The position numbers were made by a program, and so were the translations under genes. DNA of 38,674 nucleotides from Candidatus Coatesbacteria bacterium (GTDB lineage Bacteria; JAFGND01), in NCBI GenBank assembly GCA_016927185.1, contig JAFGND010000006.1, positions 62,001-100,674 on the forward strand, in the 5' to 3' direction. Position 1 is the stretch's first letter. Each line of letters begins with the position of its first letter. Of this stretch, positions 18,424-27,351 are shown in pieces. A model generated the notes under the pieces. The model was not told the origin of the DNA, searched no databases, and saw only the letters and a list, made by a program, of their open reading frames with translations.

Positions 18424-19395
18424 ATGAAACAGATGATAGCACTGATCACTTTGCTTTCGTTAGTAAGTGCAGTCAGTTTGTTTGCATTTGATCCAATGTA
18501 TGACAATTTTGAAGTAATCATGTACAAAAAGAACACAATTCGCTTCAATGCATATTTAGACTATGCAATGGCAAGCGCAGCTTTTGACTCCAGTGGAACA
18601 AAAACTGACTACTCAAACGATGGTAAATCATCATGCATAAGAATTCCTGTTGGCATTACTTATTCAGTTTCACCGGCAATTGAGGCAGGCTTAATTGCAC
18701 AGTTTGTCTCCAAGTCTATGGAAATGACCGTAAATAATACTACTACTGATTACAGTGGTTCAGGAATTGGTGATACCTGGTTATTTGCCAAATTCATGCT
18801 TATGCCTGATCCAACAGTCAATGTAAGAGTGGCAGGTAAATTACCAACCGGTCCATGGCATGATTATTATGAAGGAACAGCAGCTAATGATGAGCTTCCA
18901 GTAGGCGATGGTCAGATTGATCTGGAATTAGGTCTTAATGGACGTTTCCCAATTACAGCCGGCAGAGGCAGCGATCCAAGAGATGACGATGTTATAGCAG
19001 CAGAATATTCACTGGGTTTCAGATACAGATTAAATCGCAGTTATTCTTATGAAATTGCTGGAACAACTACTGATGTAGAAGAGACTCCTGGCAATCAACT
19101 TCTCTATTCATTAGGCCCCAAAATTCTCATCTCTCCGGGCAAATTCTGGGGTTTCTTGAGACTTGCCGGGTATTTCGGAATTGGTGATCCTGAAACAAAG
19201 ACAACAACCAACGGAACAAGCAACACAGTCAAGGGTGATCCTTCATCAATTATGTATATTCAACCAGGCTTCGAATTCAAGGCTGGCGTAGGTTTCTATG
19301 TAAATGGATTCCTTCAGTATCCTATAATGGGCAAGTACCATGAAGCAGATATGAATATACTGTTTGGTGGAATTGGAATGAAATTCGGACACTAA
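18424..19395 (+). CDS. Outer-membrane beta-barrel protein (MetA/phenol-degradation 'transporter' family-like)
   Basis: Signal peptide; SGIGD...K, KLPTG and GDGQ.D motifs; alternating beta-strand pattern; aromatic residue near the C-terminus. Confidence 0.75.
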   Translation: MKQMIALITLLSLVSAVSLFAFDPMYDNFEVIMYKKNTIRFNAYLDYAMASAAFDSSGTKTDYSNDGKSSCIRIPVGITYSVSPAIEAGLIAQFVSKSMEMTVNNTTTDYSGSGIGDTWLFAKFMLMPDPTVNVRVAGKLPTGPWHDYYEGTAANDELPVGDGQIDLELGLNGRFPITAGRGSDPRDDDVIAAEYSLGFRYRLNRSYSYEIAGTTTDVEETPGNQLLYSLGPKILISPGKFWGFLRLAGYFGIGDPETKTTTNGTSNTVKGDPSSIMYIQPGFEFKAGVGFYVNGFLQYPIMGKYHEADMNILFGGIGMKFGH

Positions 19396-19416
19396 TAAAA
19401 CAAACAGATTACAATT

Positions 19417-19444
19417 AAAAAGCCCTGATAGCAGGGCTTTTTTT
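19417..19444. terminator. Bidirectional rho-independent terminator
   Basis: AAAAAGCCCTG-ATAG-CAGGGCTTTTT between convergent genes. It abuts the TAA of the extended minus-strand CDS. Confidence 0.9.
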
Positions 19445-20174
19445 ATCTATAAAGTTTCTTTATCCCGCCCCATGAAGTTTTCTTGATATTAGTTCTGAAT
19501 GGTATTGCTCCCATATCTGTACCATTTTCACCTGCTCCAATACATGGAGAATTTGATTTCAATCTGAAGTCTTTGTTTGCAGCGTTCTCGAACAATGGAT
19601 CTTCGTAGATTTCACCTGTTCCTGGATAAGGAGCAAACTGCTCCCATGTCTGTCCTCAGCCTCCGCAATTCTTTGCATATTTCCAGTCATACGTTGAGAA
19701 GATATTGTTATATGATATCAAGGGATCAGGCATCTCTACTCTGCAGGCTACTGCAATCCCGAATCTTCCGGTTTTCATTATGATATTATTCTTGATAATA
19801 GTTCCCTCGATAGCTTCATAAAAAAACAGGCAATCATATGATGTATTATAAAAGGTATTATTGATTATGGAAGCAGAACCAGTAGTTATACTTATTGGCT
19901 GGCCTCCAATAAAAATTGTATGATCAATATCAAGCTGACCACCATTCATATAAAGCACATCATTTGTCTGCATTTCAACGATAGCAGCATTGCCTATTAT
20001 TTTAATCTTCTTGTCAGTGAAATATCCTCCCCCAGTATAAATCTGACCTTTCTTGAGTTCAACCCAGTGATTATATCCGTTTTTTGCAGGACTTTTCAGT
20101 ATTGCTTCCTCTAAAGTCTCTGCTGACAAAAACATATTGAGAAGCAAGACAGCAATAAAAGGCAGTATCTTCAT
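19443..20174 (-). CDS. Putative selenoprotein: secreted right-handed beta-helix protein with CxxU motif (Sec173 at TGA 19656-19658), 243 aa
   Basis: AAAGGAG RBS, signal peptide and beta-helix repeats (IINNTF, IKNNII, ISYNNI). After KNCGG-TGA the frame reads GQTWEQFAPYPGTGEIYEDPLFENAANKDFRLKSNSPCIGAGENGTDMGAIPFRTNIKKTSWGGIKKLYR-TAA. A SECIS-like hairpin follows the TGA. Confidence 0.85.
19624..19655 (-). promoter_or_regulatory. Bacterial SECIS-like element
   Basis: The mRNA after UGA reads GGACAGACAUG-GGAGCA-GUU-UGCUCC-UUAUCC: a 6-bp perfect stem (extendable by G-U) with a GU-starting apical loop 17 nt after the UGA. Confidence 0.75.
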
Positions 20175-20208
20175 GCAGACTCCTTTGATAAAGTAATGAT
20201 TACTTATA

Positions 20209-20236
20209 ATACTAAACTAAAATCCTGATTTGTCAA
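20209..20236 (-). promoter_or_regulatory. Putative sigma70 promoter of the selenoprotein candidate
   Basis: TTGACA-N16-TAGTAT upstream of the AAAGGAG RBS. Confidence 0.5.
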
Positions 20237-20273
20237 GTAAGAAATAAACTAAGGTATAATATCCCCCTAAAAA

Positions 20274-21188
20274 CTAATCCAGTGTTTTTGTATACTCTTT
20301 AAGGAGAGCCAGAGAATCTTTTTCCATTGATTGTATTTCTTTCAATTTCCTTATTTTTTCTTCTTTATCCATTTCCTTGTTACTGACTTCAAGCATTATA
20401 TCAGAAATCATCCTGTAATTATCAGACAGTCTTCTGGCAATCCCTGGATCTCCTATACTATCCTTGATTAGCCTTTCAAGAAAATTACCTGCCATTTTTC
20501 TGCATTCAGACCAGACTACTGAATTCCACCAGCTTCCATGAGATGCTCCATGATCATTTGAAACTGCAGAAATCCAGTTATCATAAGCTTTTAATCCGGT
20601 TGCATATCTCGGAGGTGAAAAATCATCCTTGCTTTCAAGAAGCTTCACTGCATGTGCCAAGCTCTCTTTTATAGCCAGTTTCCTGTCTTTTGGCTCGCAT
20701 TTCCTGAATGAGAAAAATGCAACATGAAGTTCTTTTCCAAATTCATCCCATGTCGCATAAGTCAGTTTTTGGGGAGTTGTGCAAACACAATCTGACCATG
20801 GTTGTGATAGAAGCAAGCCTGTTTCATCATATCCATAAATAATCTGATTATCCATATTAACAACATAGCAGGGGTTGTTGCTTTCAATGTGCTCTCTTAT
20901 AGTCTTCTCTATATTGTTTCTTTCCTCTGTTGTATTATCTGCTGAAAAGAAACCAAGAAAAGTTGCCTCGATACCTGTATTCTTTAGTAATTCATAAAAC
21001 CATTCATCATTCCATACATAAGGTCCACTTGGACAGAGAATATCATGAATATTAACCAGGAAAGCATGGGCTGACAAACCGAACATTTCCTCATCTGAAA
21101 ATGGAAGCTCATAATAACTTGAGATTCCTGTTATAACTCCCATAAGTGAAGTATTATAAGGTTTCTGGGATATCATTTCCAGTTTCAT
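20274..21188 (-). CDS. Conserved-looking hypothetical protein (possibly BtrH-N/papain-like fold)
   Basis: AAAGGAGG RBS; 304-aa ORF with CPSGPYVW, IYGYD, GLKAYDNWI and WSECR motifs. The fold assignment is tentative. Confidence 0.75.
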   Translation of the reverse strand: MKLEMISQKPYNTSLMGVITGISSYYELPFSDEEMFGLSAHAFLVNIHDILCPSGPYVWNDEWFYELLKNTGIEATFLGFFSADNTTEERNNIEKTIREHIESNNPCYVVNMDNQIIYGYDETGLLLSQPWSDCVCTTPQKLTYATWDEFGKELHVAFFSFRKCEPKDRKLAIKESLAHAVKLLESKDDFSPPRYATGLKAYDNWISAVSNDHGASHGSWWNSVVWSECRKMAGNFLERLIKDSIGDPGIARRLSDNYRMISDIMLEVSNKEMDKEEKIRKLKEIQSMEKDSLALLKEYTKTLD

Positions 21189-21294
21189 AGCTCCTCCTTT
21201 ATAAATTTGTTACTCATTTATGCTTTTAAAATATTCTGTCAATGTCTTATTAAAACACCTTGACTAAAGACCTGCCATACTAATCTCTTTCAAT

Positions 21295-22299
21295 ATGCCA
21301 TTTATCAAAGCCAGTATAATTATACCAGCATTCAATGAGGAAAAAACAATTTCAAGCACTCTTGAAGCACTTCTAAGGCAGACTATTGTTGATGAATTGG
21401 AATTAATAATAGTTGATGATGGTTCTAATGATAACACATGCGAGATAATCAAGAAATATCCTCAATTCAGGTACTTTTACCAGGAAAATGCCGGACCTGC
21501 AAAAGCAAGAAATAAGGGTACAGAAATTGCTTCTTCAGATATAATTCTATTTACTGATGCAGATTGCATTCCAAAGGAAAACTGGGCTGAAAAAATGCTG
21601 GAAACATTCAACGATCCAGAAGTTGTTGCTTGTGCTGGAAGATATACATGTAAACAGAAAGAAATAATAGCAAGATATGTTCAACTTGAATATGAAGAAA
21701 GATACAGAAGAATGATCTCTGAGATGAAAAATAAAGGAAAAATAGATTTCATTTCTACATATTCAGCCGGTTTCAGGAGAGAAACTTTTCTTCTTTTTGA
21801 AGGTTTCAATACTAAATACCCAAATGCAGCTGTGGAAGATCATGAGTTAAGTTTCAGAATGTATAACAAGGGATTGAAAATGGTTTTTCAGCCTGAAGCT
21901 TCTATTGAACATGAACATCCTGTATCACTAATATCATATATAAAAAGAAAAATCAATGTTTCTTACTGGAAGTATTTGGTGCTTAAATCCCATCCTGATA
22001 AAATAAAAAATGACAGCAACACTCCACAGGAGCTTAAAATCCAGATAGGTTTAGTTGGCTTGTTTTCATTCTTGTTTATTTCCAGTTTCATAGTTTTCTT
22101 ATTTTCAAAAACCTATGGTCTTTTTATTAATTCAATGTCATTTTTCTTCCTGTTCATGCATATAGTTCTTTCATTACCTTTTTACAAAAGGAGTCTTTCA
22201 ATAGATAAAAAAGCTGCATTATATATCCCTTATATGGATTTAGTTAGGAGTTTCTCTTTTCTTTATGGTTTCATCAGAGCTTTACTTAGATTTAAATAA
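21295..22299 (+). CDS. Family 2 glycosyltransferase with C-terminal TM helices
   Basis: SIIIPAFNEE, VDDGSND, GPAKARN, FTDADC, EDHELSFR. Confidence 0.95.
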   Translation: MPFIKASIIIPAFNEEKTISSTLEALLRQTIVDELELIIVDDGSNDNTCEIIKKYPQFRYFYQENAGPAKARNKGTEIASSDIILFTDADCIPKENWAEKMLETFNDPEVVACAGRYTCKQKEIIARYVQLEYEERYRRMISEMKNKGKIDFISTYSAGFRRETFLLFEGFNTKYPNAAVEDHELSFRMYNKGLKMVFQPEASIEHEHPVSLISYIKRKINVSYWKYLVLKSHPDKIKNDSNTPQELKIQIGLVGLFSFLFISSFIVFLFSKTYGLFINSMSFFFLFMHIVLSLPFYKRSLSIDKKAALYIPYMDLVRSFSFLYGFIRALLRFK

Positions 22300-22326
22300 A
22301 TCAAGCCTTTTGGGCAGAGCTTATCT

Positions 22327-22929
22327 ATGACTACAAAACCTTCTAATCTTCAAAAATTCGGAATCTTCTTTTTCAAGACAATAGGAACTTCCATTTTGAG
22401 AGCATGGGGGCATACACTTCGAATAGAGGGAGTGGAAAACAAACCTGCAGAAAGATGCATTTTCGTTTTCTGGCATGATAGCTTGCTTTTCATACCTTTT
22501 TTTCTTAGAAAAACAAAGGCTGTCACTCTTGTCTCCAGACACTATGATGGTGAGCTGATTGCAATAGTACTTCAAAAGTTTGGTTACAGGAACATAAGAG
22601 GCAGCGATACAGAAGGTGGTTCCCAGGCCTTGAAGGAGATGCTTGAAAACATAAAAGATGGTTATTCTGTGCTAATAACACCTGATGGACCGAAAGGTCC
22701 AGTAAATATTATTAAAAAAGGTATAATTTATCTATCATTGAAATCTGGTATACCTCTGGTTTTTGTGAAAATCGAATATGGAAAGCAACTTAGAATGAAA
22801 ACATGGGACAGGCTGATAGTACCTTTTCCATTTACCAAATGCAAGATGAAATTCCTGAAACCGTATTTTGTTAACAAGGAAAAAACAATTGAAGAGAATC
22901 TTCAGGAATTCAGTACTTATGTCTGCTAA
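22327..22929 (+). CDS. Lysophospholipid acyltransferase family protein (DUF374-like)
   Basis: FWH, LVSRHYDGE, RGS, ITPDGPKGP, TWDRLIVPFPF. Confidence 0.9.
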   Translation: MTTKPSNLQKFGIFFFKTIGTSILRAWGHTLRIEGVENKPAERCIFVFWHDSLLFIPFFLRKTKAVTLVSRHYDGELIAIVLQKFGYRNIRGSDTEGGSQALKEMLENIKDGYSVLITPDGPKGPVNIIKKGIIYLSLKSGIPLVFVKIEYGKQLRMKTWDRLIVPFPFTKCKMKFLKPYFVNKEKTIEENLQEFSTYVC

Positions 22930-24163
22930 ACAATGACTTGTATCTTTTCAACTTGCGGTCTACCCATTGAGATCTTTCGTCTTTATTCCTGAACATTATT
23001 CTTGAAATATTACCGAGTAAATCCTTCAACTCAGGATAGTCATCATGAAAAATCTCAAGGTAAAAAGCAATTAACAGTGTCTCTATTTTTTGCTTATCGT
23101 AATATATTTCATCCTGAATTCGTTTCAAATTGGATGTATCTAATCCTTCATTTCTCAATACGTCCCCTATTAATGAAATGGCAGATTTTTCATCACTCAT
23201 GTTTTCAAGAAATAAATCCATCAGGAATTCTTTTCTAATGCTTCTCTCTTTTTCCGACAAATATCTTCTTTTTGATAAAACTTCATCTGTTAAATTCCCC
23301 AGCGTACCTTCTATATCTATTTCATCAAGATAATCAATTCTGCTGGCATTCTCATTCTCTATTTCCTTACACAGCTTGTTATCATCTATATTATCATCAA
23401 TACTTATCAGATAGATATCGTTCATATATCTTATCTTAAGTACTGCATCGCTGATATTAATGTGATTCCCTCTTTCAACCCTCATACTTGCTGAACCTGT
23501 CTTTATTCGGTAATAATCATATATTTCTGTTATTAATCTTGATATGTTCTCTATTCTCCTTCCTTTCAGATGAAGGCATAAATCTTCATAGAAATCATCC
23601 TTATCCATGTCCATGTTGACTATATCAGGAATGGATTCTTCAACTTTTGTCATATTGAAGAAATCCCTTTTTTGATTATAATCAAAGATATCATTTCTTT
23701 TTAGTTCCATCTTCAAATATGACAAGATATTATCTTGAGCATCATGATATTTCGCAGTTCCCTCGTTATTCCTTTTTTCAAAATAGTAACTTTGCTTCAG
23801 ATGAGTCCCTAGACAAGCTTCAATTTCCCTTCTCTCTTTATCTTTATCATTCATATCAACTATTTTTGAAATGCATTTGTTTACAATATCATTTTCTATT
23901 ATTGTTTCATAAGTTCCACTACATACAGATTTCATTAACATATAATCAATCTCATTAGCTCTGCCTGAGTATTTCTGGCTTATAAAACTGCAGCAGAAAT
24001 AGCAAAATCTTATTGAAAGTTCTGTTTCAGCTTCCACTGATCCTTCCTGATATTTTATCAACAGATCTTTCCAGCTTAAATTCCGGTTTTTGTTTAGAGG
24101 GGAGTTAAGGAAAATCAAGCATGTATTCTTGCCTTCCTGATTACAAAATTTGCATAATAGCAT
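22910..24163 (-). CDS. Hypothetical protein (417 aa, start uncertain)
   Basis: Long ORF starting 2 nt after the ABC permease stop. Charged and apparently helical. No confident family. Confidence 0.7.
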   Translation of the reverse strand: MLLCKFCNQEGKNTCLIFLNSPLNKNRNLSWKDLLIKYQEGSVEAETELSIRFCYFCCSFISQKYSGRANEIDYMLMKSVCSGTYETIIENDIVNKCISKIVDMNDKDKERREIEACLGTHLKQSYYFEKRNNEGTAKYHDAQDNILSYLKMELKRNDIFDYNQKRDFFNMTKVEESIPDIVNMDMDKDDFYEDLCLHLKGRRIENISRLITEIYDYYRIKTGSASMRVERGNHINISDAVLKIRYMNDIYLISIDDNIDDNKLCKEIENENASRIDYLDEIDIEGTLGNLTDEVLSKRRYLSEKERSIRKEFLMDLFLENMSDEKSAISLIGDVLRNEGLDTSNLKRIQDEIYYDKQKIETLLIAFYLEIFHDDYPELKDLLGNISRIMFRNKDERSQWVDRKLKRYKSLFSRHKY

Positions 24164-24165
24164 AA

Positions 24166-25443
24166 CTATCCCAGATGTTTTGCCGGATCTGAAGATGCTG
24201 ATTTAACAAATATCGAAAAAGGAGAAATAACACATAAAACTATTGTGCCAGCTATTATCAGCAATGCTGCCAGTGGAGAGAATGTAAATAGATATAGAGG
24301 CTTGAAAGGAAAACTTGGTAATGCAGCAAGCAAATATTTCTGTGCTATCAATGAAAAAACCAATCCTGATAGAATGCCTGCAATACTTCCAGCAAGACCA
24401 AGCAGTGCTGATTCTAAAACAAAAAGACTGATTATATCTTTTATGCTTGCCCCTAAAGATCTGAACAGAGCAACTTCTCTCTTCCTTTCGTTAACAATCA
24501 ATCTGAAAATATTAACCAGGTTGATGAGAGAAAGAAACAGGAAAAGCAATCCCAGAATAAGCAATATGCCTATCATTACTCTTGTAAGAGTTGTCAATCT
24601 TCTTGAGAGCTCCAGATTTGATTCAACTCTGTATCCTGTATCTTTAATCCTGCTAACAACTTCATCAACATATTCTGGTTTTGTTACTTCCAGAATCAAA
24701 GCTGAATAATTATTATCCTTCATCCCGAACATCTTGTTCCATTTCAGGACATATTCCAAAGGTACACTTGCTCCAAAAATAGTTGAAATATTCGAAAACC
24801 CTATGATTACTCCTTTGACATTCAGAGGACTGTAATCCTCTGCTCTTCTGAGAGAATTCTTCCCTAAATCCAGAAATAATTCCCTGCCTATTATATCTTT
24901 CTCTGTCAATCTGGGAAGGTTATTTGCAGATGCAAATGCTTCATTGTAGATTTCCAGCAAAGTTGAAGAAGCAACAACTGGTACTGGTTTACCTGGTTCA
25001 TACTTGAATTTATCTTCCCAATCCTGTCCACTTGCCAGATATTCACTATCATAACCAACTATTATTGCATCGCTGCCGTAATAGCTTTTAATCAGTTTGC
25101 CATAAACATGTACAGGAAATGCTGCATCTGCTTGCTTATAGACCTTTTTTATTTCTTTCCAGCTTTCATATTCCTTTACTTTGTTATTATTGAGACCGCT
25201 GGATTTACTGGATGAAAAACTCACTCCCATCAGATCCAGTGGTTTTGACCTTACAATTATTTGATTAGAAGGCAATCTCGATAGTATCTTTTCAATAACA
25301 TAACTTCTTATTCCTAGACCAAGACTCAATAGGAGAAAAAGAAGTGAAGTTGCTATGAAAATGCTCCAAAGAGCACCAATGAATCTTTTTCTTTCTCTCT
25401 TGAAATCCCGTTTCACCAGATATAAAAGACTTGTATTATCCAT
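24166..25443 (-). CDS. MacB/FtsX-like ABC transporter permease
   Basis: One TM, a periplasmic domain, then ERKREVALFRSLGAS...LFVLES and three more TMs. Confidence 0.92.
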   Translation of the reverse strand: MDNTSLLYLVKRDFKRERKRFIGALWSIFIATSLLFLLLSLGLGIRSYVIEKILSRLPSNQIIVRSKPLDLMGVSFSSSKSSGLNNNKVKEYESWKEIKKVYKQADAAFPVHVYGKLIKSYYGSDAIIVGYDSEYLASGQDWEDKFKYEPGKPVPVVASSTLLEIYNEAFASANNLPRLTEKDIIGRELFLDLGKNSLRRAEDYSPLNVKGVIIGFSNISTIFGASVPLEYVLKWNKMFGMKDNNYSALILEVTKPEYVDEVVSRIKDTGYRVESNLELSRRLTTLTRVMIGILLILGLLFLFLSLINLVNIFRLIVNERKREVALFRSLGASIKDIISLFVLESALLGLAGSIAGILSGLVFSLIAQKYLLAALPSFPFKPLYLFTFSPLAALLIIAGTIVLCVISPFSIFVKSASSDPAKHLG

Positions 25444-26116
25444 CTATGTCCCTTAATCCATCCTCAGATAATTCAAGCTTTCTGTCTGCTTTTCCAGCAA
25501 TATTTTTGTCATGAGTGACCATTAAAAGCAATCTTCCTGATTTAGAAGTTTCATCCTTCTGCCATGCATGGAGAATATTCAGTATTTTTTCGGTACTATC
25601 ACTATCCAGGTTTCCGGTTGGTTCATCAGCAAGCAGTATTTGAGGGTTATTCAACAATGCCCTTGCAATAGCTGTTCTTTGCCTTTCACCTCCGCTTAAG
25701 CTGTCTGGATATCTATCCACCAAATCCTCTATTTTCAACTCCCTGACAAGCATATCAAGTCTTTCCAGTGCGGCTTCCTTGCCAGCAGCTTTCCTTGAAA
25801 ACAGATGAGGAATAAGAATGTTTTCCTTGACTGTCAATGTATCTATCAAATGAAAATGCTGGAATATGAATCCAACTGTTGTATTTCTGTAATTAGACAA
25901 GCTGATGTCATTCTCTTTGTCAAGGTTTTTGCCTAATACAACTACTTCTCCACTTTCCGGTTTAAGCAAGCCTCCAATAAGATACAAGAAAGTTGATTTG
26001 CCAATTCCACTTCTGCCAACTAGTGAACATATGCATGATTCTTTAATTTCAAGATTGAGATTTGAAAATATCCTGTTTGCGGAATAAGAAAAATTAATCC
26101 CCTTAAGTTCTATCAT
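25436..26116 (-). CDS. ABC transporter ATP-binding protein (LolD/MacB-like)
   Basis: GRSGIGKST, GFIFQ, LSGGERQR, LLADEPTGNLD, VTHD. Start at MIELK (26116) or 26131. Confidence 0.95.
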   Translation of the reverse strand: MIELKGINFSYSANRIFSNLNLEIKESCICSLVGRSGIGKSTFLYLIGGLLKPESGEVVVLGKNLDKENDISLSNYRNTTVGFIFQHFHLIDTLTVKENILIPHLFSRKAAGKEAALERLDMLVRELKIEDLVDRYPDSLSGGERQRTAIARALLNNPQILLADEPTGNLDSDSTEKILNILHAWQKDETSKSGRLLLMVTHDKNIAGKADRKLELSEDGLRDIDG

Positions 26117-26240
26117 GCTATTCAAGATCATACCTTGTCTATTATTGTAAAGGATTTTTTATCAGAAATTCTTTTTATTAGTAATTGCAATGAACATTTT
26201 TTCTTGCCAAAAAGCAAATAGTTTAAAATGTCACTCCCTG

Positions 26241-27350
26241 ATGCTAAATAGAAAGATCTCTGCTTTCAAGAATGACTTGAAGATGAAATTCAACATTTTT
26301 GTTTCTATGCCAAAAATGATTTTCTTTGTAGTGACTAACAGATGCAATATGAAATGTATAATGTGTGATGTAGGGAGAGAAAACCGGGAAAGTCAGTTTT
26401 ATAAGAATCTTGCTGGAGAAAATGAAAAGCAGGATCTGGATCTGGATAGAGCAAAAACTTTTATAGAGAGTCTTGGTGAATTCAAGCCGGTCACAGTCAT
26501 TTGTGCAAGCGAACCTTTATTATACAAGAATTTACATGAACTTATAAAAATGCTGAAAAAACAAGATCTCAGGGTTGAGATGCTGACTAATGGTTTCTTG
26601 TTGTACAGACATGCAGAGAATATCTTGAATGATGGACTTGATATGATACATATTTCAATAGATGGAATAAAGGAAATCCATGATTCTATAAGAAGAGTTG
26701 AAGGTTGTTATGAAAAGATAATTGAAGGCTTGAACGAATTGATAAAACTGAAAAATGAAATGAATTCGAAAATAGAAATTGATATATCCTTTACTATTAC
26801 TCATTTGAACTATTTGCATATAAAGCAATTTTATGATATTGCAAAAGACTGGAATGTTGACAGATATACGTTCTTTTATCCTGATTTTGTTACAGCAGAT
26901 ATGGCAGCAAAGCATAACTCTATATTCGGTAATCTAGAAAATGGTATATACAAGGCTTCTGAAAGCAATTTCACAATTGACGATTTGAAAGAGATAGATA
27001 CTGATATGCTTTATCAACAGGTAAGTTTTATCCACAACAAGCATAAAGTCCATATATTACCCAATATTCATGAAAAGAAAGATATAGAGATATATTTCAA
27101 GCATCATGACAGATTCCTGGGAAGAAAATTCTGCACAGTTCCATGGAATACAATGATGATCTTGCCAAATGGAAATGTTGTTCCTGAAAGCAGATGTTTT
27201 CACGTAAATCTAGGAAATATATATGAGCAGAATATTAGAGAAATCTGGTTTGGAAGTAAATACAAGGACTTGAGAAAATTATTTTACAAGCATAAATCTT
27301 TTCCTATTTGCACTAGATGTTGTGCAATATATGATTTTAGAATTTTGTGA
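26241..27350 (+). CDS. Radical SAM protein with SPASM/twitch domain (start uncertain, 26190-26307)
   Basis: CNMKCIMC, EPLL, TNG and ISIDG, plus a C-terminal CTVPW...GNV...C...LGNI...CTRC. Confidence 0.92.
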   Translation: MLNRKISAFKNDLKMKFNIFVSMPKMIFFVVTNRCNMKCIMCDVGRENRESQFYKNLAGENEKQDLDLDRAKTFIESLGEFKPVTVICASEPLLYKNLHELIKMLKKQDLRVEMLTNGFLLYRHAENILNDGLDMIHISIDGIKEIHDSIRRVEGCYEKIIEGLNELIKLKNEMNSKIEIDISFTITHLNYLHIKQFYDIAKDWNVDRYTFFYPDFVTADMAAKHNSIFGNLENGIYKASESNFTIDDLKEIDTDMLYQQVSFIHNKHKVHILPNIHEKKDIEIYFKHHDRFLGRKFCTVPWNTMMILPNGNVVPESRCFHVNLGNIYEQNIREIWFGSKYKDLRKLFYKHKSFPICTRCCAIYDFRIL

Positions 27351-27351
27351 T

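Noticed and set aside
19656-19658. TGA as a true stop, a pseudogene, or genome-wide UGA reassignment (code 4/25)
   Set aside because: Other genes end at TGA at their expected C-termini and no other long gene is interrupted. The CxxU context, the SECIS-like hairpin and the intact downstream domain favour Sec. A nonsense mutation is disfavoured but not excluded.
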